Notes: generated by a model not told the origin, from the sequence alone. A stretch of 35,788 nucleotides of DNA from Candidatus Campbellbacteria bacterium CG22_combo_CG10-13_8_21_14_all_36_13 (GCA_002771585.1 PCTT01000027.1:1-35788); one strand, 5' to 3'. Counted from the stretch's first letter, positions 1-9,067 are shown. Numbers and translations: made by a program.

Positions 1-31
1 AAAAAGAACAGATTTTATATCGGTTCTTTTT
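1..31 (+). terminator. Hairpin AAAAAGAAC-N13-GTTCTTTTT, probable intrinsic terminator of a gene lying upstream of the window
   Basis: Perfect 9-bp inverted repeat (1-9 / 23-31) ending in a T-run. The gene it serves is outside the window. Confidence 0.4.
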
Positions 32-199
32 GTATATCAAGTGCTATCCTCGGCAGGAATCGAAAGCCGGAAGCGCGCCTCCTGTGGAGGATGAAGCGCT
101 GAGGCGGGGTCGCGAGCACTTAGTATTTTGGGAATGAAATGAACCAAAATACTTAGTGACTTGTGGCCAATTCCTTATAAAAATACCCCAAACCCAACC

Positions 200-1864
200 A
201 TGAACCAACAACCTCCACAAACAGAACAAATTAAAACTCCTAAAAAACCAAAAGACTGGAGCAATTTAATATTCTTTGGTATTTGCATAATAGTTGTGCT
301 TATTCTCTACGGCACAACAATCACGGGTGATTTTGTTTTTGATGATCGTGGAATTATTGAACATCAAGAAATGCTCTCAAACATTCAATCACTAGACGAA
401 GTAGCACTATACCCGTATTGGACAGAATCAGCTGGTTTATATAGACCGACAACACTAATTAGCTATGCATTAAATGCTATAGTTTTTGGCATATCACCAA
501 TAAGTTTTCATATTATTAATCTGCTTTTATATGCATTGACGGGATTCTTATTGTATTTGTTAATTAAAAAATTATCAAAAAACAAAAATTTAGCTGGTAT
601 CACAAGTATTATCTTCTTAATAATGCCAATACACAGCGAGGTTGTAGGAAACATAATAGGAAGAGCCGAAATATTTGCACTTTTATTTTCTTTATTAGTA
701 TTATTGTCTTTATTAAAAAAATATCATATATCAAAACAGATAAAAATTTTCCGTTATTGGCCAATGTTTTTCTGGATACTCCTTGCGATGGGATCCAAAG
801 AAGTTGCAATAGCAATAGCTCCAATAGCAATATTAATGGTCTACAGTGTAGAAAAAAACTTTTGGTCAAAAGAGACTTTAAAAAAATATTTGCCAGCTGG
901 TCTATGGACGGGTTTGGGGCTAGCAACATATTTCGTACTTAGACTTATTGTTTTGGGACCACAGCATTTTCTGGGAGTAGAAACTTCAATTGTAGAAAAC
1001 CCATTAAAATTTACTTCTGCTGGAAACAGAATAACAACTGCGCTAAGCATATTAACAAAATACTTCCAAAAAAGTTTTATCCCAACTAATCTATGTTCTG
1101 ACTATTCATATAACCAAATACCTATACTGCATAATTTTTTTAATATCGGAACAATACTTGGTGCAATAATAGTCATATCATCCGCAATACTTACTATTAT
1201 CTACATACGCAAAAAACCCATTATATCCATCGCATCATCTTTTTTCTTTTTTGGATTTCTACCAACATCAAACATAGTGTTTGGAACTGGCACAATCATG
1301 GGAGAAAGGTTGGCATATTTTCCATCTGTTGGTTTGTCTATTTTATTTGGATATATAATCTTCCGAGTCACAAGAAAGCTCAAAAGATCTCACTTTTTGT
1401 ATCTTGTATTAATACTAATCACAGTTTGTTCAATATGGTATAGCGCTATAAGCTATTCACGAGGTAAAGTCTGGAAAAGCGAGAGAACTTTATTTGAATC
1501 AGCTGCAGAGTGTTCTCCAAACAGTGTATTATCAGTATCAAATCTTGGATCAATATATTACATTGAAGGTAATATACCAAAAGCCAAAGAGACTCTCATA
1601 AGGGCGAGGTCAATTTATGACGGATATACTAAGGGTATAAATAATCTTGGTCTTGTATACTGGAAAGAAGGAGACAATAAAAAAGCTCGCGAATTGTTTT
1701 TGGGGGCATTGGATGGAGAATTCCCCTACCCTGGTGCTTATGAAAACTTAGCTCTAGTAAGTATACAAGAAGGAAAACTTGATGAGGCAAGAGGCTGGTT
1801 GCTAAAATTATATTATGGAGATCCTGTTGCTGTAGAAAAATATCTACAAAACATAATTAGATAA
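200..1864 (+). CDS. Polytopic membrane glycosyltransferase-like protein (TMTC/PMT-like, DUF1736-type motif) with C-terminal TPR repeats
   Basis: ORF 161..1864; first ATG at 200 (MNQQPPQ). Many TM segments. Motif MPIHSEVVGNIIGRAEIF resembles the DUF1736/TMTC signature. The C-terminal 120 aa look like TPR (NLGSIYYIEGNIPKAKE, NLGLVYWKEGDNKKARE). Confidence 0.6.
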   Translation: MNQQPPQTEQIKTPKKPKDWSNLIFFGICIIVVLILYGTTITGDFVFDDRGIIEHQEMLSNIQSLDEVALYPYWTESAGLYRPTTLISYALNAIVFGISPISFHIINLLLYALTGFLLYLLIKKLSKNKNLAGITSIIFLIMPIHSEVVGNIIGRAEIFALLFSLLVLLSLLKKYHISKQIKIFRYWPMFFWILLAMGSKEVAIAIAPIAILMVYSVEKNFWSKETLKKYLPAGLWTGLGLATYFVLRLIVLGPQHFLGVETSIVENPLKFTSAGNRITTALSILTKYFQKSFIPTNLCSDYSYNQIPILHNFFNIGTILGAIIVISSAILTIIYIRKKPIISIASSFFFFGFLPTSNIVFGTGTIMGERLAYFPSVGLSILFGYIIFRVTRKLKRSHFLYLVLILITVCSIWYSAISYSRGKVWKSERTLFESAAECSPNSVLSVSNLGSIYYIEGNIPKAKETLIRARSIYDGYTKGINNLGLVYWKEGDNKKARELFLGALDGEFPYPGAYENLALVSIQEGKLDEARGWLLKLYYGDPVAVEKYLQNIIR

Positions 1865-1877
1865 AGTTTCATTTAGT

Positions 1878-2110
1878 GCGGGATACGGAAATCCCTGCCT
1901 GTCGACAGAAAGGGAACTTCGTGATTATTGCTTGGTCCCAGAACATTTTTGCTATCTTGTGCGAGTACCGAGAATCGGTCAGCTTCGCTCGATATTTTAG
2001 TTCACTTCGCTCCTAAAATATCTGAGCTACCCGACCCGCGCTCGGCGATACCGTGCTTCGCACAGGCTTCGCATCGCCTCGGTTCGATTCTCGTACCGCA
2101 GTCATCCACA
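1878..2110 (-). pseudogene. Degenerate duplicate of the tRNA-Gly unit: tRNA fragments with palindromic hairpins in place of the T-arm and inside a D-arm
   Basis: 1931-1978 repeats 2184-2231 (47/48 nt). 1878-1888 repeats 2151-2161. No complete cloverleaf can be drawn. See findings. Confidence 0.4.
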
Positions 2111-2150
2111 ACAAAACCCATGCTTCCGCATGAGTTTTGTGTATATGATG

Positions 2151-2371
2151 TGCGGGATACGAGAATCGAACTCGTGTCTCAACCTTGGTCCCAGAACATT
2201 TTTGCTATTTTGTGCGAGTACCGAGAATCGGACTCGGGTTTCAAGCTTGGGAAGCTTGCGTCATACCACTAAACTACACTCGCAAAAACGTACGGGATTC
2301 TCAAAAAATATTGTCGCATAGCTCCTTATTTTTTGGAAGAAGGTCACGTCATACCACTAAACTAATCCCGC
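2151..2371 (-). tRNA. Interrupted tRNA-Gly-like gene: 5' half 2340-2371, 3' half 2151-2186, separated by 153 nt
   Basis: Minus strand 5' half: GCGGGAT TA GTTT AGTGGTA TGAC G TGACC TT. 3' half: AA GGTTG AGAC ACGAG TTCGATT CTCGT ATCCCGC A. Acceptor stem has 7 perfect bp, the T-loop is canonical, and the anticodon stem TGACC/GGTTG pairs with two G-U. The body is paralogous to the inner Gly gene. Confidence 0.45.
2213..2283 (-). tRNA. tRNA-Gly(CCC)-like, 71 nt, no encoded CCA, non-canonical T-loop
   Basis: Hand-folded cloverleaf: GCGAGTG TA GTTT AGTGGTA TGAC G CAAGC TTCCCAA GCTTG AAAC CCGAG TCCGATT CTCGG TACTCGC A. The T-loop reads TCC instead of the near-universal TTC (position 55 is C). Confidence 0.6.
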
Positions 2372-2745
2372 GTAAATATATTTTTTATCTTCTGCCAAAT
2401 ACCTTTTTTTTCGTTTACATTAATGTCCTCATCATTAGAAGTTTTTTCAACAACAACCATAACTCTCTCACCTTCTTTAGCAACATTAAACATATCGCGT
2501 ATCTCCATCTCTATCCCTTTTGGTGTAGCAAGTGATTTAAGTTTAGATTCAAGAAATTCTTTTCTATCCTGTATTTTATTAAACTCATTAGTTACAACCT
2601 CTAATGTTTCACTTGTGCTTTGTTCTTTTTCATAAAGATTAAGAACCGCCTTACCAGAAAAAAATATCATTATAATCAAAACAACCAAAGATGTCTTTGA
2701 GTATAAAAATTTTTCGTATGTTTTTCCACCCTTATCAAAAGACAT
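2362..2745 (-). CDS. FtsB/DivIC-like septum formation initiator (single N-terminal TM plus coiled coil)
   Basis: 127 aa with one TM (LVVLIIMIFFSG), then a coiled coil. The motif GIEMEIRDMFNVAKEGERVMVV is typical of the DivIC/FtsB family. The 3' end overlaps the tRNA 5' half by about 10 nt. Confidence 0.55.
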   Translation of the reverse strand: MSFDKGGKTYEKFLYSKTSLVVLIIMIFFSGKAVLNLYEKEQSTSETLEVVTNEFNKIQDRKEFLESKLKSLATPKGIEMEIRDMFNVAKEGERVMVVVEKTSNDEDINVNEKKGIWQKIKNIFTRD

Positions 2746-2883
2746 GATATAATATATTATATCGCATTAAAATCTTAAAAATATGTTTAACAAGAAAACA
2801 AGAAAATCCCTAGAAATGGTGTGGAAAGTAATAGTTGCTATCATAATATTAAGTATGATTCTTCTATATACACCTATTTTCCT

Positions 2884-4674
2884 CTAGTTTGAATCTCTCA
2901 TAACCTTCATAAAGACTTCCTGTGGAATATTTGCCTTGGCAAATTCTTGCATTTTCTTCTTACCCTTCTTTTGTTTCTCCCTAAGCTTCATCTTTCTTGT
3001 AATATCACCACCGTATAGATAATCAGTAACATCTTTTTTCATAGCAGATATAGTCTTTGATGACATTATTCTGCCTTGTGCCATTGCTTGTATTTTTGTT
3101 TTTGTTAATTGTTTTGGTAGAAGTGTAAATAATTTTTCAACAATTTTCTTTGCTTCTTCTTCAGCTCTTCTACGAGACACAACTCTAGAAAAAGCAGGTA
3201 TTACATCCTCCGCAACCAATACCTCAAGCAAAACCACATCAGCCAAAGACCACTCATCATTTATTTCATAGGATAGTGAAGCATACCCTGAAGAAACACG
3301 CTTTATATCATCAAAAAAATTCCTCATAAGCTCACGAAGGGGCATCAGTATTGTAAATTCTGTACGACCGTCACCAAAAAGATGCGTGTCGACGATAGAT
3401 CCTTCATGATCATAAAGTATCTGTATTAGAGAATCTATATACTCTGCTGGAGTAATAAGCCTTATAGAAGTCCAGCGCTCTCTTATACTAGATATTTCAC
3501 CATATGGTGGAAAAAGTGCTGGTGAATAAACAAGTTTTGTATTGTTTTTTTTGTCAGTTACCTCATACGTAATACTTGGGGTAGTAACAACTAAATCAAT
3601 ATTAAATTCCCTTCTTAATCTTTCTGTAATTATCTCTAGATGCAACATGCCAAGAAAACCACACCTAAAACCACGACCAAGCACACCACTAGACTCCTCC
3701 TCAAATGAAAGTGAACCATCAGAAAGCTTTAGTCTCTCCAATGACTGTCTTAATACCGTAAAATCATCCTGGCTCTCTGGGAAAACACTAGCCCATATAA
3801 CTGGTTTAGGGTCCTGATATCCTGGAAGAGCATCTGTATTTTTATTACTCAAAACAATAGTATCACCCACCCTTGCAATACCAGGCTCTTTTATACCAGT
3901 AACAATATATCCAATCTGGCCATTTGATAATAAATCAGTGGGGGTCTCCTCTGGCCTAAAAATACCCACTTCACTTGCAACGAATGATTTGCCAGCAATT
4001 TTAAATGAAAGGCTTGAGCCTTTTTTAACCTCACCCTCTACTATCCTTGTATAAACCACAACACCGCGGTGATTTGAATATTCAAAATCAAAAACAAGCG
4101 CCCTTAGATCTTCTTCTGGTTTTTGTTTTGGTGGCGGAACCTTATCTATAATAGAATCTATCAAAAGAGTAACTCCTTCTCCTGTTTTACCAGACGTACA
4201 AATGACATCATTTTTCTCACAACCCGTAACTTCTATTATTTCCTCTATAACATCATCAACCCTAGCTATAGGAGAATCTATCTTTGACAGAACTGGTATT
4301 ATCTTTAAACCAATTTTTTTTGCCATATCAAGCGTTGTGAATGTTTGGGCTTGAACCCCTTGTGTTGCATCAACAAGCAATATCGCACCCTCCACAGCCT
4401 TGAGCGCACGCGACACTTCATAAGAAAAATCTATATGGCCTGGCGTGTCAATAAGATTAAGTTTATATTTGATACCATCTTTCTGATAATCCATTGTAAC
4501 GGGCGCCATTTTTATTGTAATTCCCCTCTCTCGTTCAAGTTCCATCTTATCAAGAACCTGTGCTTTCATTTTTCTTTTTTCTATGGTGCCAGTAACCTCG
4601 AGCATTCTATCTGCTAGAGTAGATTTACCATGGTCAATATGTGCAATAATGCTAAAGTTTCTTATGTTGTTCAT
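2884..4674 (-). CDS. lepA: Translation elongation factor 4 (LepA)
   Basis: 596 aa. Has the G1 motif AHIDHGKST, DTPGH, and a conserved LepA C-terminal region (ISAMKKDVTDYLYGGDITRKMKL). Confidence 0.97.
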   Translation of the reverse strand: MNNIRNFSIIAHIDHGKSTLADRMLEVTGTIEKRKMKAQVLDKMELERERGITIKMAPVTMDYQKDGIKYKLNLIDTPGHIDFSYEVSRALKAVEGAILLVDATQGVQAQTFTTLDMAKKIGLKIIPVLSKIDSPIARVDDVIEEIIEVTGCEKNDVICTSGKTGEGVTLLIDSIIDKVPPPKQKPEEDLRALVFDFEYSNHRGVVVYTRIVEGEVKKGSSLSFKIAGKSFVASEVGIFRPEETPTDLLSNGQIGYIVTGIKEPGIARVGDTIVLSNKNTDALPGYQDPKPVIWASVFPESQDDFTVLRQSLERLKLSDGSLSFEEESSGVLGRGFRCGFLGMLHLEIITERLRREFNIDLVVTTPSITYEVTDKKNNTKLVYSPALFPPYGEISSIRERWTSIRLITPAEYIDSLIQILYDHEGSIVDTHLFGDGRTEFTILMPLRELMRNFFDDIKRVSSGYASLSYEINDEWSLADVVLLEVLVAEDVIPAFSRVVSRRRAEEEAKKIVEKLFTLLPKQLTKTKIQAMAQGRIMSSKTISAMKKDVTDYLYGGDITRKMKLREKQKKGKKKMQEFAKANIPQEVFMKVMRDSN

Positions 4675-4798
4675 AAAATAATCTCAATCTATATTGTAAT
4701 GAGTCTCGCCCCGTAGTGAACCGAGCTTGTCGAGGTTCTACTACCGGGGTGGTCAATATGGGCAATAATGCTAAAGTTTCTGATGTTGTTCATAAAAT
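4631..4798. repeat. 49-nt direct duplication of the lepA start region (4631-4679 and 4750-4798, 47/49 identical) flanking a 70-nt insert with a GC-rich hairpin
   Basis: Direct comparison of the two copies. Hairpin arms are 4709-4722 and 4734-4749. Confidence 0.9.
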
Positions 4799-4855
4799 TT
4801 TATTCTATTAAGCATTACAGAATCATACCAGAATTAAAATATCACACAAAGAAAA

Positions 4856-6538
4856 TTAGAGCTCGGACTGTTCTGGTAAAAATATTGCTGGTTTTGTATA
4901 TTTTTTCCTAAATGCGCCTATCACTTCTATAACTTCAGTATTCCTTAATAAGATTAATAACAAAACCCCAAAAACAATACCAAAGAGACCGGCAAAAAGA
5001 CCTTGTGAAAATATACCAATCACTGTCCTTATATCAAATAGATCGTCAAAAATGCCCAATGCTTTATATGTAGCAAAACCGACTATGATAGATGTATACA
5101 ATGATTGCCTTGCAGAAACCCAAAAACCATAAGAAAATTTGCCAAAATCCTTAAAGAAATATCTTGATATAAGTATCATATTTAATATTGTTCCTATAGA
5201 AAAAGATAGTGGCAAAAACAACATATTACTACCATAAATACCTTCTACCTTTAAGAGCGACTCTATAAAAAATAGTAACGGCTGTACAGTGGTATCAAAT
5301 GCTAAAAGCATCATGGCCAAAACTACCGTTGTAGAACCAGATATTACAGCAAAAATCAAAGGTTTCTTTGTATCACCTGTTGCATAATATCCTCTTACAA
5401 ATAAAAGTATTAGTGACTGTGCAAAAACAGAAATAGAAAATATTGCGACGGTTGCAGCAGTGAGTCTTGTGGCAGACCAAGTAAATTCACCGCTCCCTAG
5501 TATTGTCCTTACTATTTGAGCACGTAATACAATAAAAAGAGTTAAAACTGGCAAAGACCAAAATACTATATGTCTTGCCGCCGCCTCAATCTTTTCGATA
5601 AACTCATTTTTTTCACCTTTAACAAATAATTCAGAAAGCATTGGAAAAGCGGCAAGAGAATAGCTCACACCTATTATCCCGAGGGGAACTGATTGAAGGT
5701 TAAATGCTAAGTTAAATATTGTTATTGTTCCTTCTCTAAGTAAAGAAGCAAAGCCGAGCAAAAACAAAATTACAATACTTGTTATAGACAAGGTAAAAGA
5801 TCGTGGAATAGATGGTAATATAACATTTTTAACAGATTTCCAATCAATAGATGTTGTTATTTTGGGCAGCATTTTCTTTTCAGAAACAGCAAAGGACTGT
5901 ATGAACATATGCAAAAATGCACCGAATACAACCCCAACCCCGAGACCTAAAATACCCAACATCGGATACAATAGAGTAATTCCCATGATTATTCCAACAT
6001 TATAAAGAATAGGGGCCATTGCATACACAAAAAACCTTTTATACGCCTGCACAATACCAGCAAACAGACTGGATATGCCTAGCAAAAGCGGAGACAATAA
6101 AAACACTCTGGTGAGTAAGACAAGGTCAGAGAAAGACTCTAAACCAACAAACCCCGGGAAAAGTATTTTCAATATATACGGACTTACAAAAAAGGCTATA
6201 ATACAAACAGCTACTATAGATATGAGGAAAAAAGTAAATATAGAATCAATAAACTTTTTGGATTTTTCATAACCAATATTCATTTGCTGAATCAGAATTG
6301 GAACAATAACTGATATCGATACAATTGAACCGGCAATAATCAAAATCAAGTCTGGTAATCTAAAGGCGGCATAATACAGATCAAGAGTCTCTCCTGCCCC
6401 AAAAGAGTGTGCCAAAAGTCTATCTCTAACCAAACCAAGAATCTGAGAAATGAGCGTGAACAACGCCAAGACATAGGCGGCCTTATGCAAGCCGCCAGTC
6501 TCTTTGTTGATAAATGAAAATATTTTTCGAGCAATCAT
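4856..6538 (-). CDS. murJ: Lipid II flippase MurJ (MviN family)
   Basis: 560 aa polytopic membrane protein. The N-terminus (LALFTLISQILGLVRDRLLAHSFGAGETLDLYYAAFRLPD) is the characteristic MurJ signature. Confidence 0.9.
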   Translation of the reverse strand: MIARKIFSFINKETGGLHKAAYVLALFTLISQILGLVRDRLLAHSFGAGETLDLYYAAFRLPDLILIIAGSIVSISVIVPILIQQMNIGYEKSKKFIDSIFTFFLISIVAVCIIAFFVSPYILKILFPGFVGLESFSDLVLLTRVFLLSPLLLGISSLFAGIVQAYKRFFVYAMAPILYNVGIIMGITLLYPMLGILGLGVGVVFGAFLHMFIQSFAVSEKKMLPKITTSIDWKSVKNVILPSIPRSFTLSITSIVILFLLGFASLLREGTITIFNLAFNLQSVPLGIIGVSYSLAAFPMLSELFVKGEKNEFIEKIEAAARHIVFWSLPVLTLFIVLRAQIVRTILGSGEFTWSATRLTAATVAIFSISVFAQSLILLFVRGYYATGDTKKPLIFAVISGSTTVVLAMMLLAFDTTVQPLLFFIESLLKVEGIYGSNMLFLPLSFSIGTILNMILISRYFFKDFGKFSYGFWVSARQSLYTSIIVGFATYKALGIFDDLFDIRTVIGIFSQGLFAGLFGIVFGVLLLILLRNTEVIEVIGAFRKKYTKPAIFLPEQSEL

Positions 6539-6550
6539 GCCAAGAAAATA

Positions 6551-8956
6551 TTATTCAGTTGGTGTTTTTACTGTCTCAGAAATAGGTAAAGTATCCCTTG
6601 ATTCAGGACTTTCATCTATTGGTGGTTTAGCACCATCAAATGGATCCTTACCTGCTTTTAGATTATCTAGAATAAGTTTAACTTCTGTGTTGTCTGGGTT
6701 TAGAGCAGCAACTTCCTCAAATTGCTTTATCGATTCTGTAACTTTATTTTCATAATAATAACTCAAACCAAGGAAATATTTTGCATTCGAGTAATTAGGA
6801 GAAAGTTCAACAGCTCTTTCGAATGAAGGAATAGCTTCTGCATATTTTTTCTCGTTATAGTGCAACAAACCAAGCTGGAAAAATACAGTAGGGTCATTTG
6901 GTGCAATAGTTGCGGCTGCTTGTGTGGATTTGATTGCAGCTTCTATGTTGCCTTCAGCTATTTCTATTTGTGACAAAAAGAATACTGCCTCTGTATAATT
7001 ACTCTTCTCTTCTAATGCTTTTATAACATACCCACGAGCCGCCTCATTATCCTCATGTGCTGCCTCTACCCTAGCAAGAGTTAGATAAAGAAGCGGACTA
7101 TGTGGATTAAGTTCAATAGCTTTTGAATACGCAGAAATCGCACTGTCATACGCGCCGTCAACCTTTAGAGAAACTAGTGAACCATATATGTCTCCTAGGG
7201 TTGACCAGTTTTCATAATTTCTATTATCGTAACTTGTTGCAGCGGTTGCGTTTGTTATTGCATCTGCTAAAACACTTTGAAACTGTGCACGAGCCTCGTC
7301 TTGAGGAAGCTCTGTGTTTGATAGAATCTCATTCAATCTAGCCACATTAAGTCGCGCCATTGATCTATAGTAAAGATCGCTTTCATTCCACCTTATAGCA
7401 TTTTGTAATTTCTTCTCCGCCAAATCAGCATCATTGTTTGTATTAAAGGCAAAAAGCGCTTTTTGGAAGTTTATAAATGAAATATATTTCTTTGTATAAA
7501 CATAACCAAGTGTAGTCGTTCCTATAATTGCCACAACAATCAAGAATACAGATACAAATCCCATTTTGGGGTTTTGTATAAAACTAACACGAATTGTCTT
7601 AATTTTGCCAGAGATGATTTGTGACGCCACAAACACACCAGAAAACAGAAAAGCTAAAACTAATATCGTAACGTTTGGTAAATATATAACAGCAAAAACC
7701 CACAGGAAGAGTGCGGAAAGGAAAGAAGATAAAGAAATATACCTACTTACCAAATCTTCTGTACCAGATGACAAAATACCCCTAATTCCATAAAACAAAA
7801 GCAACCCAAGAAATGCTAGCCATGACAAAAATCCTACGATTCCAGTGGTTGTTAGTGTTGATGGAATAAACCCAATACCAGAGTTAAAGTTTGTATTCCA
7901 GAAAACGGTACTATTAATTCCTGCTGGTTTATTTTGTAGCCACTCTATCCCAAACCTGTTTGGCCCTGCACCAAATAATAGATCACTCTTTATTGCGCTA
8001 CTACCAATATCGAATGTAGCACCCCAAGATGGACGAACCTCTACTTGAGATATGTTTAATTTAGTGTTAACAAATGTACCAATTGTTCCGCTAAATAGGA
8101 CAAAAACTATTGCCAAAACAAATACAATGGAAGATGGTACTGATAAAAATTTTTTAATTGACCATTCAGAAGAATTTTCTGCCGTATCGCCCATGTTTCT
8201 AAATAAAACCTTATAGACGAAGAAAAACATTCCCGATATACCAAGCATCACCCAAATTGCTGTGAAGTTTATAACTGCTGTAAATACTAACGATAAAACA
8301 AGACCAATGTATAAGAATATTCTTATCATTCCCTTTGGCTTTAAAAGCTCTAAAGTTGAAAGGAATAAAAGAGAAAACAATCCAAAAAATACACCAAGGT
8401 CGTTCCACTTACCAACCAGATTTGATGTTGAGTCTGAAAGCAATCCTCCAAAAGAGAGAAACCCGGGTCCAAAAATAAGTCTTAGTAATTGAAATAGAGA
8501 AACTATTACAAATGAAGCGAACAATGCGAAATATATTTTTATTAGCTTTGTGTTCTCTCTAAAGAAAACAGGAACTAAGAAAAATAATAAAAAGAGCATT
8601 AATATACCCACAAACGTATCAATTTCATAGCCCTGGCCGATTATGGATATCTTTGTTACGCCAGAAAACAATGACGCTAGAAGATATGAAATTGGCACAG
8701 CTATTGCAGAAAAAAATAAATATCCTTTCGGAATTTCTAACTTACCTTCTTTTAGTCTAGAAATAAGCCAGAGCAAAAGAGGCACCACTGACGCGATTGC
8801 AAGCAACATTACCTTTGTAAAGGTAAATGAGAAAACTTTCGAAGGAATAAAAAAGAACGGCAAAAAAGCCACCACAAAGAGTATTACCCATGTGGAAATT
8901 GTGCTAAGCACAGAACGAGAGCTTGTTGAAACGCTCGTGGTATTTATATTTTCCAT
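6551..8956 (-). CDS. O-antigen ligase/polymerase-like (Wzy_C-type) polytopic membrane protein with C-terminal TPR repeats
   Basis: 801 aa with more than 10 TM segments, followed by about 250 aa of TPR-like repeats (AISAYSKAIELNPHSP, AIPSFERAVELSPNYSNAKYFLG). Confidence 0.55.
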   Translation of the reverse strand: MENINTTSVSTSSRSVLSTISTWVILFVVAFLPFFFIPSKVFSFTFTKVMLLAIASVVPLLLWLISRLKEGKLEIPKGYLFFSAIAVPISYLLASLFSGVTKISIIGQGYEIDTFVGILMLFLLFFLVPVFFRENTKLIKIYFALFASFVIVSLFQLLRLIFGPGFLSFGGLLSDSTSNLVGKWNDLGVFFGLFSLLFLSTLELLKPKGMIRIFLYIGLVLSLVFTAVINFTAIWVMLGISGMFFFVYKVLFRNMGDTAENSSEWSIKKFLSVPSSIVFVLAIVFVLFSGTIGTFVNTKLNISQVEVRPSWGATFDIGSSAIKSDLLFGAGPNRFGIEWLQNKPAGINSTVFWNTNFNSGIGFIPSTLTTTGIVGFLSWLAFLGLLLFYGIRGILSSGTEDLVSRYISLSSFLSALFLWVFAVIYLPNVTILVLAFLFSGVFVASQIISGKIKTIRVSFIQNPKMGFVSVFLIVVAIIGTTTLGYVYTKKYISFINFQKALFAFNTNNDADLAEKKLQNAIRWNESDLYYRSMARLNVARLNEILSNTELPQDEARAQFQSVLADAITNATAATSYDNRNYENWSTLGDIYGSLVSLKVDGAYDSAISAYSKAIELNPHSPLLYLTLARVEAAHEDNEAARGYVIKALEEKSNYTEAVFFLSQIEIAEGNIEAAIKSTQAAATIAPNDPTVFFQLGLLHYNEKKYAEAIPSFERAVELSPNYSNAKYFLGLSYYYENKVTESIKQFEEVAALNPDNTEVKLILDNLKAGKDPFDGAKPPIDESPESRDTLPISETVKTPTE

Positions 8957-9067
8957 ATTAATTAATTAATAACCTCGGGAGATTCATCCCACTTTTAATG
9001 CTTATATTATAGATAAATTAAACTCATACATCAAACGTGTATATCTATTGTTTTTTCACGTTTTCAT

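Noticed and set aside
41-119. SRP (4.5S) RNA or a known riboswitch in the GC-rich island
   Set aside because: The GGAA tetraloop context and the conserved SRP domain IV strings (GUCAGGUCCGGAAGGAAGCAGC) are not present. I found no match to riboswitch consensus sequences I can recall.
1928-2535. Tracked + strand ORFs of 114, 63 and 116 aa across 1928-2535
   Set aside because: They run antisense through tRNA and tRNA-like sequence and the 3' end of the FtsB-like gene. Their translations are low-complexity with no recognisable motifs.
2783-2887. 34-codon + strand ORF (MFNKKTRKSLEMVWKVIVAIIILSMILLYTPIFL) between the FtsB-like gene and lepA
   Set aside because: It is hydrophobic and plausible as a mini-protein. 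However, it is very short, has no SD, its stop overlaps the lepA stop, and there is no comparative evidence. Not called.
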